Below are positions 1 through 16,501 of a stretch of 64,000 bases of DNA, piece by piece; the stretch's first letter is position 1, and the number at the start of each line of letters is the position of its first letter. The notes under the pieces were generated by a model that was not told the DNA's origin, searched no databases, and saw nothing but the letters and a program-made list of their open reading frames with translations. A program made the translations under genes and the position numbers. Location of the stretch: assembly GCF_009914755.1 (NCBI RefSeq), contig NC_060931.1. The stretch is one strand, 5' to 3'. Source of the DNA: the human T2T-CHM13v2.0 reference genome, Homo sapiens.

Positions 1-840
1 CAAATCCCTTCAAAGGCTTTTACCAGATCTGTAAATTCCCAGCACCTAACAAGTTCTTGGAACTTCATTTGGGTACCAATTATGTGTTAAATGAATGGTG
101 AATAAGCAAGTTCATCAGGGCCTGGAGTCATGACTCAATAGCAGAAGCTTTAGACCTTAGGACATCTTGCAGTCATGACTCACATCTCATGTTACATACC
201 TGGAACATTCCAAACCAATTGAAAGAGGAATAATATATTCATCAGATTTATCTACTTCTGATTTTGCATCCACTCTATTTGTCTGACATAGCAGATCTCT
301 GGTTCTTAATCTAAGAATGGTAGATCTACTATCTGGTTCTGGTTTTCAGATTCAAGTTTAGCAACCTGGGTGTCAATCCTGCTATCATGTACTTAAGCTA
401 CTGCTTCTGTTTCCCAACTGAAACCTGTCCCTAATTCTGATTCCCGGCTCTCCTTCCTTCCCATGTGCCCTCCGGTTGCGGCACTGGCATGCCCCAGAAC
501 CCAGATCCCATGTCTCTCAACTGTTGCTAAACAGAATGAGATGCTGAGCCCTGACCCTAGGGCAGGGTCCCATCCTCTGCTACAGAACAATTTTTATGTG
601 GACTGTTAGCCACGCCATCTGACTTTCTCCAAGCTACCTACTTCCTGATGTCCTGTCTCCAGCATGCACTCACCTGCCATGTCCATCTATTCCTTCATTC
701 AACAAGCACTCTCAGATTATCTTCTAGACAGTGCAGCTACAGTGCTAATGAAAGATGTCTGTGGTATGCTTTCCACCTCTGAAGAAAAAGAAGGGAATAA
801 TTTAAAAAGTGGTAAGATGTCTGCATGGGACCTCAGAAAC

Positions 841-2075
841 TGACCAAGTGTTCACAGTGGTTCACCTCTTACCCTCTTACTTTGCCTTGACAGAACTTTA
901 GTCAGGATTCTCTCCTTCCTACAGGTCCCTGAATTCTACTTGGCCCCAAGCCTGAGAAAGCACTAAACACTGGAATGTGGCCCCCTTATTAGCTTGCACT
1001 GAGAATCAGCTGACCACAGCAGGACAATTCCTGTCATACCCCACTGATCATCCTCCCCATCCCACTGGCCATCCCCCAGTTCCACTGATCATCCCCCTGT
1101 CCCACTGATCATTCCCCTCAACCATCCCACTGATCATCCTCCCATCCCACTGGTCATCCCCCCACCACCATCCCCATCTCACTGATGACTGGTCATCCCC
1201 CCACCACCATCCCACTGGTCATCCCCCCCACCACCATCCCCGTCTCACTGATGACTAGTCATCCCCCCACCACCATCCCACTGGTCATCCCCCCCACCAC
1301 CATCCCACTGGTCATCCCCATCCCACTCATCATCCACCCCATCCCACTCGTCATCCCCCCATCCCACTCGTCATGCTCCCCTGTCCCACTCATCATCCCC
1401 CGTCCCACTTATGACCCACCCCACCATCCCACTGATCATCCTCCCATCCCACTGATCCTCTGATGACCCCCCTGCCATCCCACTGATCATCCCCTCCTCC
1501 CACTGGTCATCCCTCCCGTCCCACTGATCATCCCTCCGCCGTCCCACTGATGACTCCCCACCCCCGCGGTCCCACTGGTCATCCCGCCGTCTGGCTGGCG
1601 ACCCCCCGGCCGTCCCGCCAATGACCCCCCCGCCGGCCCACTCATCATTCCCCGCCGGCCCACTGATGACTCCCCCTCCAACCCACTGATCATCCCCGCC
1701 ATCCCACTGGTCATCCCCCCATCCCACTGACCATCCCCCATCCCACTGATCATTCCCCGTCCCACTGATGACCCCCCCCACCATCCCACTAGTCATCCCC
1801 CCGTCCCACTGGTCATCACCTCGCCCCACTGGTCATCACCCCATCCCACTGGTCATTCCCCCGTTCCACTGGTCATCCCTCCATTGCTTAATCCCTTTTA
1901 CAATTTTAATTAAGCTTTTGCTTATCTCTCCCTACCCTATATAATGGAAGCCTCTTTCTTTTTGATTTTGTGACACTTGACAATTTCTGAGGTTGGAGCA
2001 TTCTCTCTGTGGCAATGGTCTTTCTTTTGAATAAAATCCCTCCTTATCTAAGTCTGGATTTGTTTTCATTTGACA
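841..2075 (+). mobile_element. ERV1-class solo LTR (MER67/MER31-like) interrupted by a minisatellite
   Basis: TG...CA termini (TGACC at 841, TTTGACA at 2075), CCTTGACAGAACTTTAGTCAGG resembling MER31/MER67 5' regions, TATA-like TATATAA at ~1939 and AATAAA at ~2030. No clean TSD. Confidence 0.55.
1039..1883. repeat. C-rich minisatellite/VNTR, ~37 degenerate units of ~20-25 bp (core CCCACTGRTCATCCCCC[CAC]nCAT)
   Basis: CCCACTG(A/G)TCATC core counted by eye ~37 times over ~845 bp. Confidence 0.93.
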
Positions 2076-2178
2076 GAATACATAGAAGAGAAATCTAACT
2101 TGGGTGGGAAGAGGAGGGGATGAAGATTAGAGAAGGCTTCCTGGAAATAAACTGTGAACAGAAAGAAAATAAAACATT

Positions 2179-2500
2179 GGCTGGGCACGGTGGCCCACGC
2201 CTATAATCCCAGCACTTCAGGAGGCCAAGGCAGGTGGATCTCTTGAGGCCAGGAGTTTGAGATGAGCCTGGGTAACGTGGTGAAATCTTGTCTCTACTAA
2301 AAAATAGTAATAATACAAAAAGCTAGCTGGGTGTGGTGGTGCATGACTGTAATCTTAGCTACTTGGGAGGCTAAGGCATGAGAATCACTTGAACCCAGGA
2401 AGCGGATATTGCAGTGAGCCAAGGTTGTGCCACTGCACTACAGCCTGGGTGACAGAGTGAGACTCTGTCTCAGGGGGAAAAGAAAAAAGAAGGAAAAGAA
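2179..2500 (+). mobile_element. Alu (old, J/early S)
   Basis: Full dimer starting GGCTGGGCACGGTGG with A-rich linker and degenerate tail. Confidence 0.93.
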
Positions 2501-4254
2501 AATGTTAACCAAACTAACACAGAGGACATGCACGGATTCCAGGCTGTGAGGTGGCATGCGTGACTCTCTTGCCATGTGGCAGTATGTTCAGGTCCTCACC
2601 AACACCACCATCTCTGATCTGTGCTCCATAAGCCTGAATGGAATTCTTCATGCCACCTGCACCTGGCAATGCTCCCAAACAACTGCACCTGGCAAGCTGG
2701 CCTAGCTCCTTCCTCGGTCCAGGCCTAGCCTTCTGTGTGTGCCCACAAAAACACATGCACACATGTTCTTTCTTATTCAAATGTGTGACCCCTACCCTCA
2801 GCATGCCACAGACACCTCAAGTGAACTCTAGCATCTCCAGAACACCCAAGGGGTCAAGTAGTTATTATGATAGATGTAGGCCATCTCTACCTTTTCATGG
2901 ACTCTCTGTTCATGGCATCTCACTCTGTAGGCTTAGGCAAAATTCCTGTAGCCTAGAGAGATCTGAGACTACAAGGACATGAAAAATGCAAAGAGGGTAA
3001 GCTTGACTGGAAACTGCACAAGGACTGGAAGCAGGTCTGACTCATTCAGCATCATATCCCTACCACCTAGAACAAGGCCCCAACACACAGTAGGGGCTCA
3101 AATATTTGTTAAATAAAATGTCATATCAGCTCACGTGAATAATTCCATCTATCGCAGAGTTTCCTCTGACACTATCATCAAGCAACATTTTAAAGGGGAA
3201 AACAGTGGTTGTCCTCCATGATATGAAACACACAAGGCTAGCAATGCATTCTGAACAACCCTATTTCCCTTAATAGCCCGTTATGCACATGCCAGCCATG
3301 ATTCATGATGTAAATGTAACTCTAGAGTCGTATGACCATAAGTACCAATGCCTTGGAAGTGTATCTGAGCTGCTACAAGAGAGATTATTTTTTTCCTCAC
3401 TGCTACAACTGCCAGAAAATATGTTTAAATCATTACTTGAAATTCCTTTCCCAACCAAATCTCTTCCCAGAGCTGTTAACAAGAAACAAAATATGCTGAC
3501 TTGAGTTTCACTTTCTTTCCATTCCTCTGCCTTCCTCTTGTGGGACCCCCAATGAATCATGAAATGGTTTTGGTCAGGTAAGAGTGAAAAAAGCACAGAA
3601 CAAAGCCCAGTCTGTCAAACATGCAGATCCTAGAGGACAGAGACTCTGCAGCCCAGTTCTACCAACGGACGTAACCCCTGAAATAATTTGCACCTATTTC
3701 AATCAACTATTCATCTGCTAGCCTTCTGATTTTATTATATTATGAAGCCATTTATTTTCAAGGAAACTATATTTGTTGCTTAGTTGATACATGATGAAGT
3801 AAACTGAGAAAATACACTCCTAATTCTCAGGCCAACTCTTTTAAGGCCTATAAAAAATGACATAAATAGATTCTGATGTTGTTTCATTTCTGCAGAAGGG
3901 TGTTTTTATATTATGTTCTTCTATCAACACAGTAAGTACAGATTGCATCTTAAAGCTCTCATCTAGTGCTGGAGTTTCCAAACACAATGGCTTTAACAAG
4001 GAAATGACTTTGGAAAGGAAAATAAAAGAATGTGATTTCTTTGGGGCTGAGCATGGGAGAGAAGCACACTTCCTGTCATGACTTGGGAGGCATGCAGAGA
4101 CCAGCTGGCAAGGCTCTGATCACAGAAGCTAATCCCTCAGGAGAAAATGGGTAATCCCAGGGCCAAAATTCACCCAAAGAACCAGAACAAATATGGGCTT
4201 GGGTCAGACAGAACTTCATTAATCAGGGCTCAATCCGGCAGCCATGACTGGGGA

Positions 4255-4506
4255 GATGCCATGTAAAGAGGAAAGCAGAGATTGAAGTGATGCTTCTACT
4301 TGCCAAGGAATGCCAAATATCACCAGCAAACCACAAGAAGCAAGGACAGAGGCTGGAAGAGATTCCTCCTCACAGCCTCAAGAGGATCCAAGCCTGCTGA
4401 CACCTTGATCTCAGGTTTCTGGCTCCCAAACTGTGGAGGCCAATTCTGTTATTCAAGCCACCCAGTTTATGGGACTTTGTTACAGCAGCCCTAGCAAACT
4501 AATACA
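4255..4506 (+). mobile_element. MLT1 (MaLR) LTR 3' fragment
   Basis: GCCAAGGAATGCC...GACACCTTGATCTCAG...TTTGTTACAGCAGCCCTAGCAAACTAATACA typical MLT1B/C end. Confidence 0.85.
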
Positions 4507-5559
4507 GTTGGCAATAGGAGTTAGGTAGCAGGAAAATAATAAATAACTGAAAACAGGGACCACACAGTTCATGTGAAGCTCCTGGCCCTTTTCAAGCATT
4601 TGTACGGGAATCTCTGGGAAAGAGATTCAAACTATCACTTGAGGCTAAATTCCTTTATACTTGGGAATTCACATTTATTCATTTGTATGACACTAAAAGA
4701 ACATGAGAAATATAAAGACAACAAGCTAGAGGGGGTCAGGGCCCCATACAATAGCCAGGATTCTGCTCAATGGCTTCATGCATAGTCAAACCTTACCAGC
4801 TGTGTGAGAATAAAGGCAGAAGAGGAGACCCTTCAACCCAGTCAGGTAAAGTTGACAAGGAATAGGTAGTATGTCATGGTCCAAAACCAGGAGGCCAGAA
4901 TACAGGGATGGGTCCATCTCCAAGGATCTGAAGTGTAAGTCAAATGTCTGGTGGGACATCACTGTGAGTTTGCAGTGACAGAGAGGGGCTCAGGGTTCAC
5001 CCCAGGACAACCATACACAGGGTCCATCATGACAAAACCATTCCAAACCCTGGCAACTTGTGGGTTGATGCTGGGTGGAAGCTGTTGGCCCTGGCTAAGA
5101 CCCAGGAACTGAACAAAATTAAAATTGCTGCCAAGGGCATGGGTGATGCTGGGTAGGGGTGATCATGGAAAGCAGGGACTAATAGTGTCAGGTAAAGCCA
5201 CACACTGATTGCATGTAAGAGAATACATGACAGTAATCATCAATAGAGGAAGAAATAAGAACCGTCAAACACTAGATATTTTACACATATTAAACATTTC
5301 TCATATATTACATTACAAAGTTGGCATAATATTCTACATTCAACTTTTTGCATTCTTTATTTCCTTAGGAAACTGTGTTTCTACTCAAGTTGTCTGAATT
5401 AATTTAACTCATATGCCACTGTGTACTTCCTTTGAGTTTGGGGTCCATAGCTGTCCTGCTCCACTGTCTCATGCCAGGTCTTTTCATTACATGAACTGCA
5501 GGATGCTCTCTCTCAGGCACAGTGTTTTGGGGGCAATGCCTCTAAATGATGCCTCCATT

Positions 5560-5720
5560 GAGGCAAAGATCACATGAATTTGTAATTGTTTGCATCTCCA
5601 CCTCCTCTGAAACACAGTGACCTGCTGGAAAGCAAAGACCATGATTTGTCTCTGTATCCTCAAAGCCCAGCACAAGTATCACCTGACACATGCACTATAA
5701 ATGCTCACTGAATTGATTCA
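5560..5720 (+). mobile_element. L2 3' end fragment
   Basis: Degenerate L2 terminus (CCCAGCACA...CCTGACACA...AAATGCTCACTGAATTGATT). Confidence 0.55.
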
Positions 5721-6002
5721 TTCTTAAGAAGATTCAAAATGAAAAAGGAAGCAAGCAGATTTGGTGAGCCATTTCTGACTGGTATTTCATGAATTCATGT
5801 ATTTAACTATGGGCCAGCACTATGTCAGGTAATACATTAGTCATGTGAAGAAACAATAAGATTGATCACTGCTAAGGTATAGAGCAAGTTTCAGGAATGC
5901 AAGAATGGGCTGCCCTTAATTGAGCACTTAGCCTCTCTGCTGCCTTTTGCTCATTGAGCAAATTGGATATATATTCAGGCCAGTAAGAACACTCATAGGC
6001 TA

Positions 6003-6555
<553 letters not shown>

Positions 6556-7389
6556 AGAGATTAGGGTTGGATGAACCTACAGATTATAGGTTTTGGTATT
6601 TGCCAGCAATAAAAACTTGAACTCTAAGTGACTTAACATTACAGTAACCCCCGAAGGTTCCCATGCGTTATCAAAGATAATGCATAAGGCATGGTTGGAA
6701 GCAGCTCTGCCCTTTGGTTCCCAGAGGCTGAGCAAACCTTACCCCCAGACTCACATTACTAACACAACTAGGAATCTGGTGACAATGGTCATTCAACAGA
6801 AATTCATGAAGAGCCTGTTACATGCCAGGTACTATACTGGATATTGGGGGATCTTTCCACTAAGAAAAAACACATGCTGATAGAAAAGATTGACAGAGAA
6901 ATCAGCACTACAATCAGAGTGGCAAGTGGTACCACAGAGTTAAGCGCAGGGACCCTGGAAGCACATTGCTAAGGATGAGGCAAGATACCCCAAACTTGTC
7001 CTCAAATCTCAACCCTTTTAAAGTGGCAACTGAATGGTCACATTCAAGTAGAAGCAACTGTTAGGTGACATGGCAAATAATATTCAATAACCAAGGATGA
7101 CAAAAACAGGACAGGGTAGAATACTTAGCCCAGAAGTGGGTGGATGGCATTGAGAACTGGAAAAGAGAGGGGAGGTGGTCAGGAGTCATTCGAAAGCTTC
7201 CTCTCTGGTCTTCCATGTAGAATCTTAGCCACATATAGTTAAGATTGAAGGTAATTAACAAATCAAGCAAAAACCCTCTGCTATTTCAAATATCCTGCAC
7301 ACCAGGCAACATACCTACCATCTTTATGATAATATACAGCTTTGTTATGCCTTTTGGGGGAAAATCTGTATTATCCCCATTCCTTTCAC

Positions 7390-7605
7390 TAGTAATACCT
7401 GATATTAAGTAGCACTTTTGAGTTTATAAAGAACATTCACAAGAATTATATCATTGAATTATTACTGAGCAGACAGGGCATCCATTTTACAGACAAGGAA
7501 ATTAATTCTCAGAGAAGCTTGTTAACAAAATCTCATAATTGAAAAAGAGGGATTTAAAGAAGTGCTTTTGACTCCAAGGTTGGTTCTACTGCATCAAACT
7601 GCCAT
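7390..7605 (-). mobile_element. MIR fragment
   Basis: CCATTTTACAGACAAGGAAATT...TCAGAGAAG...TGACTCCAAG. Confidence 0.55.
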
Positions 7606-9543
7606 TGTTTACTAAAAACTTAACTACAGCATTAGAATCATAGGTTTTAAAGCACTTATTTGAATGCTGTTTGCTGTTTCATATTAACAGCAGCTGTTGC
7701 TACTTGGCAGTTACTAAGCCCTAAATATTAGGAATGGCTGGGGTGAAGAACAGCTTTGAAATGACACTATATTTGATCAGCTTCTGCAATAACTGTTAAA
7801 ATCATATGCATGTCCTTTGGATCCCTATAAAGCTTCTACAGTATCACTGTACCTGCAGTTCCAATTTGCAATTTCCTCAGCCCTCCTTTGAAGTTATTCT
7901 TGCCAATTACCTGGTGTTAATATTAATTAAATATGATTTGTAACTCAAAATGTGGTGTTATCAATGGAACTCAGCTGTACAAATATAAAGTAAAATTTTC
8001 AATTGAATTAAATTGTTTCCTTTCATTCATAGTATTTTACAACATTAATACTTTTCTCAAATTGACTTTTGCCTGCTGGAAGTCATTTTCCCAAAGCAAT
8101 GAACATCTGAGGGGAAACACTGCTGTTTATGTATTCTTTCCTTTCTGTCATTGAAAATACTTCGTTTTAATCTTAAAGTGAATCCATTTCAGTTACCAGA
8201 AACTTGCTTCTTGTTTATAACCCAAGAGGGGAAAATGCTTTATTTTAAAACTGTACTAAGATACATTAAAAATATGATCAGTGAACACGTTTCAATTGTA
8301 CACTAGGGATGAAACTTTCCTTACCTTATTGCTTGACCCTCACAAAAAAAAAACTATCAAACTTTTTGGCAACTGTCATTTTATATACACAAAAAATGAA
8401 TTAATTAAATTGGTTTCTTACATTAACATTTCAAACAGAATCTGCCATCCCAACAACTCTCTGGTCCCTTCCAACTCTAAGATGTTAATATTCGGAACAT
8501 GTCAAACAATAGTCAGAAGCTTCCAGCATTTGCAAATTTAGGGGGAGAAAGACACACATAGAATATTTGACAGAATCAGGTCTATTCTGCCCCCTGTAAT
8601 GTATGCAATGATGACTTGAAGGCCTGTCATCTTCAATAAGCCATTCATAAACATGATGACTGATTAAAGAAGGTGTGCCGCCATACTGTGCAAATCTACA
8701 ATGAAAAGATATGTTCTCTCATATTCCTTTTATCTTCAAAGATAAAGCTTTAGCTTCCTTGCCCCTTATAATGATAGCAGTAGCATTAACATTTATTATC
8801 CTGTCTTCTTTTAAAAATAATATAATAATGTAAGACAAAGAAGGGAAGGAACCTGTCTAAAGACTAAAGGAAGTCATTTATTGAGTCATGAGCCACCAGG
8901 CCCAGAGCTTATGATGGAAAAGCATGAGTGAATATTATTAACTCCTTTATTATAATGTCAATGAAACATTATATCAAGGAATTAAAACAAGACAGAAATA
9001 GAGGACTGTGGATCTAATAGCTGAGTGTTGTGTAACACGTAGGTCTTAACCAGCAGCAACTAAGCTATTCCCTTCCCTCAGGCCAAAAGACCAAAAGGGG
9101 AAATAAAAATAAATTAGGCCAGAAAAAAATCTCTGGATGTCTGTCATATTCCAGGTGTCATCAAAGAGAAGCTTCTTGGAATTACAAAGTGGGGCAGGTG
9201 AACAGCAGGTACACACCTATGTTGGCAGTGTCTATTGTGATCCTACTGGGAGCTCTACCTAGGAAAGCCAGACAGACACTGGGATCCCATCACTTACCCC
9301 AGTCTGGAACCCTGAATTATCCATTAGGTTACCTCATTTACCCAAGAATCAGGATTGGGAGAGTAGAATTCCATAACATTCCAAAAGGAATTTGTGAACT
9401 CGCTATATTACAGGCTTCTCCATTAACCAAATTCTGTCTGCTTAAGCCCTTCTCATTCTTATTACTAACCTGTTGTCCTCCTAGCCCAAATCCCATCCCT
9501 ACCACTGGAAGCTAACCTTCTGAGTATACCCTTCTTCACCCTC

Positions 9544-9960
9544 TGTTAAGAACTGAATTATCTCCCAAGAAAAATACATTGAAATCCTAAACCCAGTACC
9601 TCAGAATGTGACCTTATTTGGAAAGAGGGTCATTGCAAATGTAGTTAGTTAAGATGAGGTCATACTGGGGTAGAGTGGGCCTTTATTCCAATATATCTTC
9701 ATTTTTATAAGAAGAGAAGACACAGAGATAAACACAAGAAGATGGTCATGTGATGGTAGAGGCAGAGACTGGAGTGATGCATCTACAAGCCAAGGAATAC
9801 CAGGGATTGTCAGCAAACACCAGAAGCTAATAGAGGCAAGGAGGGATTCTCTCCTACAAATTTCAGAAGCAACCACCTTAATTTTTTATTTCTAGTCTCC
9901 AGAACTGTGAGATGATAAATTTCTATTATTTTAAGCCACTAGTATACTATATTTTACTAT
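9544..9960 (+). mobile_element. MLT1C-like MaLR LTR
   Basis: CCTCAGAATGTGACCTTATTTGGAAAGAGGGTC...TAAGATGAGGTCATACTGG...CCAGAACTGTGAGATGATAAATTTC. Confidence 0.88.
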
Positions 9961-10246
9961 AAAATGCCTCCTTTCAAGGACCTCTCTTCATGTAGGAACC
10001 CTAGCCCTAACCCCAACCCTACTGTGCACGTTCAGCTATGCATTCTGGCAAAAGTTCCTGTTTTCTTATGAAACACTGCTCATCATCCTTAAATTTTTTT
10101 CTGAGGATCTCCTTTTATCATCTCGCATAATTGAAGTCTTCTTCAAAGGAGACTGAGAGCCCTCCCATGACCATAAACCCATGAAAAGAGAACACTCTAC
10201 CATACTGTTACCTCCCATTGCAATGTCTAGGCCATTATTCCCACAC

Positions 10247-10602
10247 TGTATTCATCTGTTCTCACAATGCTAACAAAGATATACCCAAGACTGAGTAATT
10301 TGTAAAGGAAACAGGTTTAACTGATTCACAGTTCCACATGGCTGGGGGTGGCCTCAAATCATAGTGGAAGGCAAATGAGGGACAAAGTCACGTCTTACAT
10401 GGTGGCAGGCAAGAATGCTTGTGCAGGGGAACTCCCATTTATTAAACCATCAGACCTCATGAGTCTTATTCATTACCATGAGAACAGTATGAGGGAAACC
10501 ACTCCCATGATTCAATGATCTCCACCTTGCCCTACACTTGACACACGGGGATTATTATAATTTAAGGTGAGGTTTGAGTGGGGACACAGAAAAACCATAT
10601 CA
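10247..10602 (-). mobile_element. THE1B/C solo LTR
   Basis: TGTATT...AAACCATATCA termini; 5-bp TSD CACAC/CATAC. Confidence 0.9.
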
Positions 10603-10799
10603 CATACCTTTATATGAAAGCTTCTCCCCATGAGTCCATCCTCATTCCCCTATACTCCTCACCTTAGCAACCACCTTTCCATACTCAACCATCAATTGTA
10701 TGAGAATGAGCTTTGATCTATATCTCAGTTCCTGCTTGGCTCTAGATCAATGTTCCTTGCTATTCTTCTCCACAAAGCTATGTACTGGTACCTAAAGTT

Positions 10800-11115
10800 T
10801 ACTGTGTTCATTTTACTGTCTCTTTTCTGTTTATGGTACCTGCCTTTTCCTAGTTGCCCAGGTATGCAATTTCAAGTTCAACTTTAATTTCTTTCATACC
10901 CTCAAGCTCTGTGTCCCGTTACTAAATTCCATAGACTTCACCTCACAAATGACCCCCAAGTCTATCTCCTCTTCCATTTATATTATCACTGCCCTATATC
11001 AGGCCAAGATTGTTATTGCAATGGACGCTGAACTGGTCTCCTTGTCTTCTACTTCTTATAGTACAACCTTAAATATACATTCTGATAGATCCCCCTCTCC
11101 TCAGCAGTTTCCTCC
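10800..11115 (+). mobile_element. L2 fragment (appears to resume at ~13363-13520 after the MST insertion)
   Basis: TAGTTGCCCAGG...ATCACTGCCCTA...CAGGCC...CTGGTCTCC L2-like text. Confidence 0.5.
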
Positions 11116-13362
<2,247 letters not shown>

Positions 13363-16240
13363 CCTCCATTGTCTAGAAAACTAAGGATAAAATAAACACC
13401 CTATGATTTGAAATAATCATGTGTCTATGTCAAACCTTCCAATTTTGTCTCCCATAATTCACTAAACAAACTATGCTCCAGTCAGAAAAACTGTGCTATT
13501 TGCTGATACCAAATATGTTTTTTTCCTTCTCCAGCAATAATCCTATAGTCAAGAGATGCCTTGGGATGACACTATAACAGCTGGGATATCAAGGGGCTAT
13601 TTGTCTTTACCAAGTGTCTCCTGGCCCTCTCCCACTCAGAAAGATCTCAACTAGGGAAGAGCCATCACTGAGGTCTGATCAATGACCACCATACACTCAT
13701 AAACTTCATTCTCCCAGATTCGCAAAGGACACTTTCCCAAGTCTGATTTTTTTAAAATGAAAAACATTCTAATCAAACTGTACAAGCAATTTATCACTAA
13801 CCCAATTTTCATTTCACCATCATTCCATTATGATCTGCTTGAGTTAATCAGAGGTAAGACAGAGGAAGCCTCAATTTACACTGAAACTTCTTAGCAATCG
13901 ATGTTGCTAAAGAGAAATTCAGAACAAAGTACAGAAAACATTATGAGTTGGGGAAATATACAATTTTATTAATGGGCAGACACTCCAAAAAAATTGAATG
14001 TATACATCTCTTTCTCACTCAAGCTACTGAGGTTTTTTTTTAAAAACACACTACTAACATGGTGACAGATGTCATCAATGTTGTAGTAAGAGCTGCAAAT
14101 GTTACAGAACTAATGAATTTTCATTAGAGACATCAGATAATTTCAGAATGGGTTAAGTTGCTACCATTTGCCATTCCCATTAACATCATTGTCATGTAAA
14201 AGGTTTAATTTTCAGCTATTTTTGTTCTAGATAAAATCTTTGTCATTAAAATGAGGGATGATTTTGATATTTAATATATTCCATGGCATACTCCAGTGTG
14301 GTACTAATTTGGCCTTTTCAGTATTCTGCATATTAATTAACAATCCATCCCTCCTCCATTCCCCAGATAAGTGAGAACTGAAATAGAATGGACAACCAAT
14401 CAAGTCACAGAATACTGAAAAGATCAACACAGAAGAAATGTGTTGCTCTAATCAAGAGCATATACAAGGCACCAAAATTATTTTCTCCCATGCTAATGAC
14501 TATGATAGAAACAGGAGTAATGAATGGCACCATCTAAATCCTTTTATGTGACAGTATTACCAAAGCACAGCAATGCTCCCTAAAAAATAAAAACTAAGTA
14601 TTTCTTATTTTAGTCAAAAGAATAAAACTGTGGTTTCACTTAACTTTTAGAACAATCCATTTTGTTGGATTCTGCAACAAATGGCAGATTATGTCCTGTT
14701 TTGAATTTTTTATAGTAATCTATCTCATGCACACAAAATGTGTCCTCAAGTTGCAGAATGTCCAGGATCACTGTGGAAAACTTATTTCAATACATACTCT
14801 ATTAGTTTTCTCCTCTTGCTAAATTATCACTCTGGTAAGAACTGACATCAGCTGCTTAAATAATACATTAACCCTGTTTCCAGAAGCTATTGTTTTCATT
14901 TGAGTGGGCATTTCCTCTAAGGATAAACTTTAGATTTTTACCCAAGAAGATAATATAATTTGTCATAATTTAAAGACCAATTGAATGTTTTGAATCAGTT
15001 TTATAGCAGTAATGATATAAATTCCCAGAGAGCAAAGATTATGGCATAATGCACACTTACAGCAGGTGTGAACAGTTGTCCAATTAAATCAATTAGCCCA
15101 ATCTGTCCAACAAGACCAGGCCTTTCATACATTTTCTGCAATAGCACAAATGTAGAACAAATGTTAAAGATACTAAATATTGTGTATTATAATTTTTCTA
15201 TGTCCTACTATGTACAGAAAAGCTTGCAGTCATCTGCAAGTCTCTCAAGTGAACATCCTACTTCAATAACATCAGACTTTTTGTCCTTGGTAATTATGGT
15301 TAAGCCCAAATCATTCCCATGATCTTTCTCTGAGTCGAGGCCTCTAAGAAAAACAATAAATTTATCAACATAATGTCTTCCTTCAGGCTCAAAATTACTG
15401 AAAAAAATCAATGGACACTTTAATTTTTCCACAAAATATTACTCTTATAGAAAAATTCATTCATTCTTAATAAGAATAATAGTACTTAAGTAACAACAAC
15501 ATACTTAATTCACAAAGATATGTTGTTGACAAATCAGCAGTTAAGATTTGTGCTCTAAGTTGTTCCTTTGTTTTGCTCTGTGTTTTCAAAGTAGTGGAAT
15601 GGATTTACAACCTCATCGTACACATACAAGATGGTAAAATGCCTAGACACTTGGATAAGCACCTTGAAAAAAATGCCCAGGACAGACATCAGCAGCACCT
15701 TGTTGTAAACAAGTTTTTACATCTTGTCCTTCATCACACCCTAAGCTTCAGAGTTTTAAGAATAAAAACGCAAAAAGTCAAATATGACAATAAGAATATT
15801 GCTTAAGTATAGCCTTGAGGGCTACTTCAGCATTGTTTTAAGATGATTACTAGACTTAGTCCCTCTAGTGTTGGATGTTAAATTCCACTGACTTTTTTTA
15901 AATTTAATGACTTGCTAATGTAAACTTCCATCTAGAACAATCAAATAGTATGTCATTTATTCAAATTTACAGTGGCTCTAATGTGCCAGCAAACTCCCTT
16001 GTCAAAACAGACAACTTTAAAAAATGTTCATTTGAGTCAGGAGTCCTACTTCCTAAATTAGCACCAAAGTGTCACCTTGATAGACCTATGAACAACAAAA
16101 TCATTTATAATAAACCCAGCTTCCCTCTAGAGTGGACAGCCTAGTTCATGCATCTGTAGGAGTTCCAATTATTCCCTACAGATAAGAGAGCACTTGGAGA
16201 TGCTCAGGCATCAGCAATCTGTCACCTCCAAATACAATCA

Positions 16241-16501
<261 letters not shown>

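Noticed and set aside
1185-1829. Overlapping 92-152 aa Pro/Gly-rich ORFs on both strands
   Set aside because: Low-complexity translations of the minisatellite; no splice signals or recognisable domain.
1039-1883. Repeat-with-variable-spacer appearance (CRISPR-like); CTGA/TGATGA snoRNA box-like motifs; PRDM9 13-mer
   Set aside because: Context is primate DNA, spacers are only C-run variants and there are no cas genes. Box motifs are by-products of the unit with no terminal stem. I found only near-matches to CCNCCNTNNCCNC.
3131-3138. TCACGTGA palindromic E-box
   Set aside because: Single 8-mer without supporting context; expected by chance at this window size.
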